Positions 15,788 to 26,169 of a stretch of 64,000 nucleotides of DNA are shown here, piece by piece. Position 1 is the first letter of the stretch, and every line of letters starts with the position of its first letter. The notes beneath the pieces are model-generated. The model ran no database searches and had not been told where the DNA came from. It saw nothing but the letters and a program-made list of their open reading frames with translations. Source of the stretch: Tricharina praecox (lineage: Eukaryota); contig NW_026250424.1 in the NCBI RefSeq assembly GCF_024521635.1, forward strand, positions 434,001 through 498,000, read 5' to 3'. A program made the translations under genes and the position numbers.

Positions 15788-16037
15788 GGGCCCGTTTGGA
15801 TGGCCTCAGTTTTAGCGAAAATTGTCAGTTTTTCGAGAAACTGAGCAAACAAGATTGTAACCCTGTTTGGATGGTACAAAAACCGAGAGAAAAAAACCGA
15901 AACTGTGCGGCTCCGGCGACGAAACGGGAACTGACCTCTGGAGGTCTTTTCTTCACTACCACCACTCAGTACCGCTTATATCTTCAACCATGGACTCCCC
16001 TTCCGACAAGTGATCATGAGTGCATCCAAACGGACCC
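15788..16037. mobile_element. Tourist-like (PIF/Harbinger) MITE, 250 bp
   Basis: TIRs GGGCCCGTTTGGATG (15788-15802) and CATCCAAACGGACCC (16023-16037) match at 14/15 positions. Flanked on both sides by TTA (15785-15787 and 16038-16040). Confidence 0.85.
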
Positions 16038-16594
16038 TTACTTTCCCACCCGAAAACAAAAACAGTAGATATGTAAATTCCAGAAAACGGCACATATAAT
16101 CAAGTTCCCCGTTGAACTGGAGCTGCACAGTGAGTGTGAGAAGCACGGCCGTTATTGAAAGTAATCAGCTCCGAAAGACGCACGAAAGGGATAGGTAGTA
16201 CGGTACCTGGGTCAAACTGCATAAAAGTGTTGTACATAACTGCAACAGAAGAATGGCCTATAGCCATTACAAGAATGTTCCACCGAACAGCCACATATCG
16301 TGCTATAGATAATCGAGAGGAACTTAAGTCGGAGGACGTTTTCAGTCGCTCACGTCACCCAATGATCCTGCACATACCGTACAACGTGTATGGCTGGAGG
16401 AATTGGGCTAATAGGGTTGGCCCTCGTGGTGAGCACAATGTGTAAGATTTAGTATCCCTCGATTCTTCTCTAAATACATTATACGGGCCATTGCAAGAGA
16501 AAGATTGTTTGCGAACGACTCCTTCGGCGTGAATTTTCTGCGTAGCTTCCTTCTTCGTAGGTAATACTCCAAAGCCTGACTGTGGTACATATCA

Positions 16595-17370
16595 TATCAC
16601 CGGAGACAGAGGCAAGGAGCTTCCCATCCGGTGGAAATGCCACTGCCTCGACCCAATGACAATGACCCTCAATGGCGCCGCGCGAGGCTCCGGTCGATGG
16701 ATCCCAAAGTCTGATGGTCTTGTTCCACAAAGCAGAAGCAAGGAGCTGGCCATTCGGTGAAAATCCCCTCTGCCGACCCAAAGCGAATGACCCTCAATCA
16801 CTCTCATATGTAGAGACGTCATTTGGCAATCCCTGAGCTGAGACCTTTGCAATCAATGCCGATGAACATGCTTCAAAAGCGCTGAACCTTCACTCGAGTT
16901 ATTGATGAAGCAATCATTCGTTTAGCCTTTTACCAAAGTCCTGATATTCTTGATATCGAGCTCTCTGCTAGTTGGGCACTCCGAAGAAAAAGAGTCCAAC
17001 GCATGACCTCAAGATAGCAATCGTTTTCCGTGCCTTCTAGGTAGGGGAGAAGCATTTGCGAGTGCCCGTAGATGCCCAGAATCAACACGGAGCGTTTACT
17101 TACTCAAAGGACAGTGAACGTTGTTTACCTACTTGATAAAAGACAATAACCGATATATATTATTGGACGGTAACCAGTAATATCTGTCCTGCTGTCGTTC
17201 GTTAGCCCGAGTTCTCAAGTTCGCTGTCAATTCATGCCTTTTCTGCTCGGGCACCATGCACATCATCCAAAGGCTATCTCGAGAATCCCCGAATAGGGAG
17301 GCTGGTAGATGTATGTAGTACGAGCACCGCGAAAGATAGAAGAACCAATGTAGTGCATGAAGATTCACAT
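16595..17370 (-). pseudogene. Decayed HET-E/NWD-type WD40 (fungal NLR) gene fragment
   Basis: IEGHSLWV..(frameshift ~16770)..FSPNGQLLASALWNKTIRLWDPSTGASRGAIEGHCHWVEAVAFPPDGKLLASVSGD, about 1.5 units of the 42-aa HET-E-like WD repeat. Upstream sequence is broken by stops; upstream extent is uncertain. Confidence 0.7.
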
Positions 17371-18158
17371 GTCACTGTAGAGACGCTCGAGATTGGTTGA
17401 GCCCGACGTGGCCAGTTATATCTCGCGGCTTTCGGTAGCGTATCGCGCGGCTATGGCGTATTGAGCGCTACTACAAGTGATGGACAAGCGGCAGTGCCGG
17501 CGCTGCACGGCGCGAATCCGCGAGACTGACGTATCGTTGAGCACTCCCGAGATCCTATGAATGCATGCAGACTGAAGGTGGAATAGAAGTTCAGGTCGCT
17601 ATCGGGCCTAAGGGCAAACCGTGTCTAACAAGAAATAATAGCCGATGTATAAAGGCACCGATGAGAAGGCGGGGTGGGGGGCTATCGGACCCGCTGTTGC
17701 TGTGTTGGTACTCTAGGAGGACTCATTGAGGCTGTCGTCACACGGTCCTGGGAGGAAGGTTAAAATCACTGCAAACGAAGAGGATACTGGAGATATTATG
17801 TCGGCTATAGAGCCGACAACGCAGTAAATATCGCATTGTCAAGGTGGTAGGATTCGCGCTGTGCGGACCGTGGTTTTCGTGTCATCTAGGCAGTAGTTGC
17901 TACTGTTATAGGTGTCGCTATCGCCTTGAACAGCCTTCAGGAGAGGTATATAATTTCGTCCAAAAGGCATTGCCTGGCTGCGTCGTCCCGTGAGGCATAT
18001 GCCATGACTGCATGCAACTAACAACCCCGCAGTCGCCAAGATATGATTGTGGGGGGTCTGTCCTCAATCGCGCTAAGAAAAAAAGCGAAAGAGCATCGTG
18101 CGTCGAGCACCCCTTCACATCACCGCGATCTCCATCCTCATTACCAGCACACGGCAAG

Positions 18159-19493
18159 ATGCACCAACCAATATCGCTCCTCTACTTCCGCGGGCCGGTC
18201 CTCCTCAAATCGCCGTTGTTCCTGCTCCGCGGCAGCGCCAAGCCCTTCGCCGTCGTGAACGAGATCCCGTTCCGTAACCGCATGCACCCATTGCACGCTC
18301 GCACAGTGGCCCGCTACGAAGCACGGCAGACACAGCTGAATCTCTACGTGGTCGTGGGCGTCGCGACCCACAAGTCCAACTGCGTTCGCGATCGCATACG
18401 GCGGCGGATAAGCGAGGCGACTCGACTGGCGCTGGCAGAGTTCGGGTACCGTGAGGATGGCAGTGCGCTCCCGGTCGCGAACCGGATGAAGGAGGGCGGG
18501 CGCGGGGGCATAGTCGGGACGTTGGTGTATCATCCCGTTTACAAAGTTGTCTCTGCGCCGTGGGAGGAGCTGATGGCAGAGGTGAAGAGGGGCGTCGACA
18601 AGTTCATGGTCCTGAAGGAGAGGGATGCCAAGAATGCGGAAATGGAGATGGAGGCGATGCTAGATGCGAGGGATGCGAGGAGGGCGTCCGTTGCAGATAA
18701 GATGCCATTGGCGTCGGCGGCGGCGCGGGAGAGGATTAGTTCACTCAAGGCGAGGGATGAGCAGGACATGAATGCTAGGCTTAGTCCTAAGGTGGAGGGT
18801 ACGAGGAGTTTTGTGGGCGATCGAAGAGGAGGCGGGGTTGCTGAGCTGCAGTGGAGACCGGCTCAGAGCTCGCACGGTGGTGACCGGAGGATCCCATCGC
18901 AATACCAGCAGAGCTCGTACGGCGGTGACCGGGGGGGCCCATCGCAAGATCGACAGAGCTCGCAAGGTGGTGACCGGAGGGGCCCATCACAAGATCGACA
19001 GAGCACGTACGGTGGTGACAGGAGGGGGCCGTCGCAAGATCAGCAGCGCACGCACGGTGGTGACCGGAGGGGACCATCGCAAGATCAGCAGCGCACGCCC
19101 GGTGGTGACAGGAGGGGCCCATCGCAAGATCAGCAGAGCACGCACGGTGATGACCGGAGGGGCCCATCTCAATATCAGCAGCGCACGCCCGGTGGTGACC
19201 GGAGAGGCTCATCGCAAGATCGACAGAGCACGTACGTTGGTGACCGGAGGAGCCCATCGCAAGATCAGCAGCGCACGTACAGTGGTGACCGGAGGGGCCC
19301 ATCGCAAGATCAACAGAGCACGCCGGATCACCAGCAACAGAGACAACCGCCAAACAGGGATGCGCCAACATGGCAGGACAGACCGCGGAAGGACAACCCA
19401 ACCGAGATGGCACCAAGGCAAACGGATAGGCCGCTGGCGTGGAGGCCCGCTACGCCGTCGTGGATGAGTCGGGGAAGAGGTGGAGTAGTGTAA
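18159..19493 (+). CDS. Hypothetical protein with an RnpA (bacterial RNase P protein)-like domain and a C-terminal 15-aa tandem repeat
   Basis: Intronless ORF, likely ATG 18159. LNLYVVVGVATHKSNCVRDRIRRRISEATRL resembles the RnpA RNR-motif strand-helix. Ten GGDRRGPSQDQQ-type repeats follow. Confidence 0.7.
   Translation: MHQPISLLYFRGPVLLKSPLFLLRGSAKPFAVVNEIPFRNRMHPLHARTVARYEARQTQLNLYVVVGVATHKSNCVRDRIRRRISEATRLALAEFGYREDGSALPVANRMKEGGRGGIVGTLVYHPVYKVVSAPWEELMAEVKRGVDKFMVLKERDAKNAEMEMEAMLDARDARRASVADKMPLASAAARERISSLKARDEQDMNARLSPKVEGTRSFVGDRRGGGVAELQWRPAQSSHGGDRRIPSQYQQSSYGGDRGGPSQDRQSSQGGDRRGPSQDRQSTYGGDRRGPSQDQQRTHGGDRRGPSQDQQRTPGGDRRGPSQDQQSTHGDDRRGPSQYQQRTPGGDRRGSSQDRQSTYVGDRRSPSQDQQRTYSGDRRGPSQDQQSTPDHQQQRQPPNRDAPTWQDRPRKDNPTEMAPRQTDRPLAWRPATPSWMSRGRGGVV
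18864..19313 (+). repeat. Coding minisatellite, 10 x 45 bp
   Basis: Units translate as QSSHGGDRRIPSQYQ / QSSYGGDRGGPSQDR / ... / QRTYSGDRRGPSQDQ. Confidence 0.95.
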
Positions 19494-19821
19494 TGGAATA
19501 CATCGGACTTCAAGCAGTTACGGGCAACAGTATTACACATATGTAGCTACCCACGGGCAAGCTGGAGGTGCTTAGAGTTAGGGGATCCAAGCATAGAATC
19601 CCCGTGGTCTCTCGGAATCATCACAGATAAGGGTCTGTTCAATAGGTGAGCCTGAGCGCATGGCGCCGAAGATGGTGATTGCAGCTTCACAGATAGTACA
19701 ATCGATATCACGCAATCACATGAACAAACACGAGGAGACCGTCTCGATTGAAATCCCAGAACAAGAACAAGAATCGTGAAACTGCTTTTCCCGAACACCT
19801 ATCTATCCGACGAGCCCACAT

Positions 19822-20586
19822 TTACAAGGCCGAAGGGTAGAGCATGACCCTCAATGTAGCTCCGAACGAAGCAGGAGGGAGGTTCTTGCGGAACCTAGAG
19901 AAGAAACATTAGCGTGCGAACATCATCGTGAGGACGATTGTTGGGGTCGTACTTGGCACGGACGAGACCGCTGTTGCCGTGTGGCCGAGTAACCTTGCCC
20001 CAGATCACCTATACCGAAGCATCCATCAGTCTCATATTCCTCCTTCCCCACAATTCAGCTCCCGGACAGAAAACCCACCCTAATCTTGGAGCCCTGCCTC
20101 TCGGTCTTGGCCCTGTAGACGAAAGCAACCCGCTTTCCAAGGTAGAAAGTGGCATCCTTGGGAGTCGCGACACCCTCAATCTGGACGAGAGAGGTGCTGG
20201 GGTTGGTGTTGCGCTTGCCCCGCTGGTACGAAAGGTGGCGAGCCTGAGTATCGAAGAAATCCACCATCAGTCTCCATCATTCCGCTTCCACTTCCTCCCA
20301 TTCTCCCGAGCCGAGCTTCCTCCCCAACCCAGAGCTCCTCCAAGCTTCCCCCCTCCCCCGATCACGCGACGCGTTTGGCCATGTCGATATTCCACCTCCT
20401 GATCAACCGCAAAAACCGGGAGAAGCTCGTCGGGGCTCATCGCTCATTCGGAAGAATCTCGAAAGTTGTGTGTGCTCACCTTAACGTATACTAAACAGCT
20501 ATCAGCACAAATTCCCACACACTCGAACCCCTCCATAGCCCTCCCCGAGTATAGGTAAACATACGTCTGTGGTTGGACTCCGGCAT
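19822..20586 (-). CDS. RPL33: 60S ribosomal protein eL33 (L35a)
   Basis: [26 protein letters not shown]...[14 protein letters not shown]...[26 protein letters not shown]...VMLYPSAL*. Includes an 11-nt microexon at 20480-20490 and a 5'UTR intron ~20597-20677. Confidence 0.96.
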
Positions 20587-20830
20587 CTTGGTAGGTCTAA
20601 ATATCGAAACAAAAATTTCTCGTCAACGATCTGTATTTTGGCGGGCGAGGGGGGCGCGGAGAGAGATATGAACTCACTGTCGTAGGGGGGGTGGTCGCTG
20701 GGTGGGTCGGTGTCGGTTTGCTGGGTTGTCGTTCGGCGTCGTCGTTGTTCGTTCGGCGGGAAGGATTTCTGGATTTGTGCGCTAGATTGGTTCGGATGCC
20801 CAAACCCGAATTGTGCGGGGGCTCAGAAGG

Positions 20831-20838
20831 CAGTCACA
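20831..20838. promoter_or_regulatory. Homol-D-like element CAGTCACA upstream of RPL33
   Basis: Exact match to the Homol-D box known from fungal ribosomal-protein promoters, ~150 bp upstream of the 5'UTR intron donor. Confidence 0.55.
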
Positions 20839-21501
20839 CACAGATGGGATCTGTGTGGGAAGGCTGGGCCGGGTAACCCACACACACCGTTGTTAGTGCG
20901 AGATGCGCAAGCTATGAAGCAGGAAAGATGGGAGAACGAAAGAAAGAGTCTTAATTCGTGCAAGACCGAGTGTTAGCTCGGTTGCATCGAATTATCACAA
21001 GGAGATATTCATCGCGATGGTGACGGTTAGCGATGGGTGGTGGATATTCGTATACCGGCCCCGCCTGGTAGATGTCGGTACCGACCCCACCGTCCGCTTC
21101 ACTCGTGTGGCCGACTCACAGTTCCCACCTCACAGAACGCTTCTATATCCATAACTACCAACTTTGGCCCACCGCGACCAGGTAATTCTTCAAGCGATCA
21201 GATCCAGTGTTTGCTGATCTTCCTTGATATAGAGGCAGAAAGGTGAACGCTCTCTCAAAGCAGCAACAGTTCCCCAGATCTAACTGCTACATACATGAGG
21301 GCAGAAACGCTTCTGTCAAGTAACACCTCCCCACAGACTCGAGAGCTTCAAGTGATTGCGCGTGCATAGGGCTGAGCACTAGCTAGCGCGGCCATTGTTG
21401 AAGATCATCACATCGCGATATGTATACAAACTGATCAAGATCATAACTCCATTATTGTACACCCGTCGAATCAAAACGCCTGACTGCAATACATCTCATC
21501 G

Positions 21502-22525
21502 TTACCAAGATCTAGTAGCGCCGGCAATCGCAGACCTCCACCCACTCGCGCTCCCAGCGATCACCGGCGGGGCGGCGGCTGCGCCTGTACTCCTCGATGC
21601 CGCCCCATCAGCAACAGCAACAGCAACATCCGCCCATTGTCTCCTTACTGCCCCTACAACATCCAAGCTGACCGCTACGAACTCCCCCGATGTGACTTCA
21701 AACATCCTTCTCTCGAGCTCGACCGCTTCGTCTCGGTTCTCCTCGCCCTCGTCTGAGTGGTTGTCATTAAGAAGCCGACTCAACTCCGGCGCTGGTGCGG
21801 GTGGAGGCCTGATCTCGCCACGCTCCTCGCTCTCTACATCTTGCGGTGGATCACCCGCCTCGTTGGTGTCTGGTGACGCCTCTTCCGGTGGTGGGCCGAG
21901 CTCTTGCTTCGTAATCACCAGGGTGAGCATCAACAGCTGCAGCAGGACGACGAGGATATCAACGTATATCAGTCGCCACTTGGATATGGGGCCCTCTGTT
22001 TCTCATTAGCCCAGCCGGCGGGAGGAAGCTGTAGGAAACAGTACTCTGCCCGATGAAATCTATGATCAACCCGCCGTGCAGGTACCCATGCGTCAACTCC
22101 CCCGCGGCGGGATTTGCCTCCCACAGATGCAGCAAGACACAAAGCGTAAACCCTCCAGCAATACCAATTACTGGCGACCGTGTTTGCGGCGGTAGCGGGA
22201 GGTTTATGATTTTCGGCGTCAGGAAGAGGAACTGTATCATGGCGCGCAGTGCGAAGCGAAGAAAGCTACAGCTGTTGGTCGGTGCGTCAGCAGCTAGCTG
22301 GGAGATGAGATGTGGATCCAGGGCACGGTACTCCATGAAGTATAGATATGATAGATGCGCGTATGTGATGATATCAAAGCTTCGAAGCATGTGGGTTAGA
22401 AACTCCTTGCGTTTCTGCGTGAGATGAGCCTTGTTGCTGTCGGCCGTGGAGATGTGCGGCGGAGCATCTGGGGCGACAGAGGAAGACGAGAAAGAGGAAG
22501 GGGAAGAGGCTTCGACATCGCTCAT
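21502..22525 (-). CDS. DUF1746 membrane protein (Dsc4-like, DSC E3 ligase complex)
   Basis: LRSFDIITYAHLSYLYFMDCSFLRFALRA...FLFLTPK, GYLHGGLIIDFIGQ..PISKWRLIYVDILVVLLQLLM. Two introns. Confidence 0.82.
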
Positions 22526-22818
22526 TGAATCATAGAGCTGTGTTATGTCTCTTTGCGTAGGAAGGGCAGTATTCGTGGTAGTGGGCGTCGTGGTGAACTC
22601 GGAGGGGACGGGACGAGGGAATCGGATGTTGGTGGTTGCGTAAGTATAGTACTTAGCTGCACGAGGGGAACGGATCCCTGCTTGTCAGTCTGTGGTCTCG
22701 CCAACAAGCGCGTCGTTGCAGCCCGTCGCGTCTACTCATTTTACTTCTATCACCACCACTACCACACTCTACCACCTCTTCACCACCACCTCCTCCTCAT
22801 CCAACATCAGCACACACC

Positions 22819-24104
22819 ATGGCCTCCTTTTTCGATCTCAAAGCACGGCGAGAAGCCGCCGCTGCTGCCGACAAAGACGCAGCCCCATCCACCGCCCCCA
22901 AGAATTCCGCCCGCCTTGTTCCCTGGGTAGAGAAATAGTGAGCCTCCCCTCCCAGTCCCATTCACATTCCCATTCACGTCTAACCATGCCCTGCACAGCC
23001 GACCCAAATCCCTCAGCGATGTCACGGCGCAAGACCACACGATCACGGTTCTCAAGCGCACGCTGCAATCCAACAACCTGCCGCACATGCTCTTCTACGG
23101 ACCCCCCGGCACGGGCAAGACGTCGACGGTGCTCGCACTAGCCAAAGAGCTCTACGGGCCCGAGCTGATGAAGACGCGAGTGCTTGAGCTCAACGCCTCG
23201 GACGAGCGCGGCATCTCGATCGTGCGGGAGAAGGTCAAGAACTTCGCGCGGACGACGGTGTCGACCAGCACGGCGCAGCAGAGCAGCGACTACCCGTGTC
23301 CGCCGTACAAGATCATCATCCTGGACGAGGCGGACTCGATGACGCAGGATGCGCAGGCGGCGCTGCGCCGCACCATGGAGACGTACTCGCGCATCACAAG
23401 GTTCTGCCTCATCTGCAACTACGTCACGCGCATCATCGACCCGCTGGCCAGTAGGTGCTCGAAGTTCAGGTTCAAGCCGTTGGACTCGATGAATGCGAAG
23501 GCAAGGATCGAGGAGATTGCGGCGCTCGAGGGCGTCAAGATGGAGGACGGCGTGGTCGATGCCCTCATCAAGGTGTCGGATGGTGATTTGCGGAGGGCGA
23601 TCACGTACCTGCAGTCCGCTGCGAAGCTGCATAATCCGGGGAAGTTTGCGGATGCGGAGGGTGATGTGGATATGGATAGCGGCGAGGAGAGCGCGGGTGA
23701 GGCTGTGTCCGAGGTGGTCACGGTTAGCTCGATACAGGAGATTGCGGGTGTGATTCCGGATGAGGTTATCGATCGTCTGCTGAAGGCGTGCGATCCGAAG
23801 GCTAGAGGGGGCGTGTATACCGGTATTGCGAAGATGGTGGAGGATATGGTGGCCGACGGGTGGAATGCTTCGCAGGTGGTGATCCAGGTTCGCCTTCACG
23901 CTCCGTCGTCAAGGGGATGATACCAACTGACTGGCTGGGTAGCTTTACAACAGATTGGTCTACGACGACGTGGTGACGGCAGATCAGAAGAACGAGATAG
24001 TACTCATCTTCTCTGAAATCGACAAGCGTCTAGCCGACGGCTCGGACGAGCATCTGCAGATTTTGGATCTAGCCCTGCGAATATCCAGCGTTCTCGCAAA
24101 ATAG
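22819..24104 (+). CDS. RFC2: Replication factor C small subunit (yeast Rfc2 / human RFC4 type)
   Basis: [84 protein letters not shown]. Two introns. Confidence 0.95.
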
Positions 24105-24233
24105 CAGATTATCACAATATCAGAGGAATACACAATGTAATTGTAATGTTGCAACGATCCCACGCTTTTTTAGATGCACACATACGCCAAGACCCACATT
24201 ATTCTATTTTGACCATGTCCCCGACTTTTTACT

Positions 24234-25517
24234 CTACGAATGGATGACCTGCGCACCCTCGTGGGCCGGCTCCAGCAGCTTCCAGTCGCAGGTGATGTTT
24301 TCCACCTTGAAGCGCGCCAGGATCTCGTTGGCGATACCCTCGAAGTTGTCGGTAGCCAGGGCCAGGATCGTGGGCCCGGCACCGGAAAGACATATTCCCA
24401 GGAGACCGGGGTGCGACTTGGGAGTGACCGAGGCCAGGATTTCTGGGAGCCCGGGGATCTAAGGGTACACCTGTAAGTGATCGATCGTCGGAGTGGGAAA
24501 GCGGAGACGAACCAGAGTCTTGCGGTAGGGCTGGTGCACCTTGTCCTGCATGGCCTGGTAGATCAGCTCGGCGTCTGGCGGGGAGCGGGTGAGTGCTGTC
24601 GTCAACACTGCCAATCGCTGTAGGTTAAAGATCTATCCCATGATGAGCCACTTTCCCGATCTACTAGCCGAGGAGAAGAAATACCATATCCTTTGCCGAG
24701 TACATCTTTGGCAGCACACTCCTACTAACCGCGGTGGAGACCTCGAACTGCGGAATGATCGCAATCGCCTTCACCTCCTTCGCCCACCCGAACTTGATGT
24801 AGTGACCGATGCCAACGGGGGGCTCCGGGGGCTCCAGTCCGGTATCCTCGCCGCCCGCCGGCTCCGGCAGCACCTCCGCAAGCGGGATCTCCTTCCTCTC
24901 CATATCCACCGGGTCGAGCTCGCGCAGGTACGAGCCCACGAACCCACCCATCATCGCCGCCATGACATTGTCGGGGTGCCGCTCGATCATGAGGCAGTAG
25001 TCCATCAGACGGTCCTTGTCAAGTCCGAGCTCACCCGTGATGTTGGCGAGCAGCACACCGGCGACGACCGCCGCGCCGCTGGATCCGAGTCCGCGGCCTA
25101 GCGGGATGGGATTGATGACGTGGACGCGGGTTTCGAGCGGGAACGCGCGCTGTCCGTGACAGCGCAGGACGTACAGCGCGGTGCGCGTAATCAGGTTGTG
25201 GTCCGCATCGAGCGGGACGTGGTCGGCGCCCTCGCCCTCGTAGCTGAGCTTGCAGTTGAGCGGGTAGGTGGACGCGGCCACGCTGCGGTCGTACGTGACC
25301 TGCAGCTCCAGCCAGATCGATAGACTTATCCCGAGGACGTCGAAGCCGGGACCTGGCGTGCTTGAGTTGGTTAGAGGTTCGCTGGCCCCCCGAAGCTGGA
25401 CTGGAGGGGTGGGTACCGATGTTGGCGGAGGAGCAGGGGACCTCTGTGGTTTCGCTCGCGTCAGTGACAGTTCCCAAAGGAGCAATGGCGGTGGGGAAAC
25501 ACACTTATAGTGATCAT
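24234..25517 (-). CDS. THR1: Homoserine kinase
   Basis: KVPCSSANIGPGFDVLG, NPIPLGRGLGSSGAA (GHMP motif), IERHPDN, AMQDKVHQPYR, GICLSGAGPTILA. Four introns. Confidence 0.96.
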
Positions 25518-26169
25518 CTTGAAGACAGCGCGGGGTGCTGAGGTTGCGATTGAGTCGAGAGAATCTTTCTGCAGGTCAGGTTGGTGGGGTCGCTTCTCAA
25601 AACTATGGGTCCCCTGTCTGCCTGCTGCCCGCCTTGCCTGTCCTGCCCCACCTCTAGCTCCGTTTTTTGACTACCGCCAAGCTGCAGCCCGAATTGGGTT
25701 CGGAGCTCAATCGCCGGGACGTCAGGACTGTACCTACACTTCATACAACACCTCCGTATCTCAGAGGCAAAGTATGCAAACGATGAGCCGGGCTTATCAT
25801 GCACGGTAGGCATTAGGTAAAAACTGAACTGGCGACTTCCGCCGTTTTATGCGCAACGCATCACTCATAATCTGAGGCCTCATCCGACCTGCCCGAGCTT
25901 ATTCATGTCTACACACGCCTTCTCAGTCTGGAAACGACATAGATTCCCTCACTGTGACAGGAGGTATCCACCATGAGGCGGGCGAAAGAAGTGAGGACAG
26001 ATAAGACCACTTAGAGTACATGCGCACCTGCAAAGCTGGAGCAGAGCACCCTCCCACCCTCTCTTCACAATAACCCAAAAACAATAAATTCGCCACCAAA
26101 CCGTAGTTACAAAAAGATTTTAAAGATTTAAACGCCCTCTATCCATCCATCCACCCTTCCCTTCCCATA

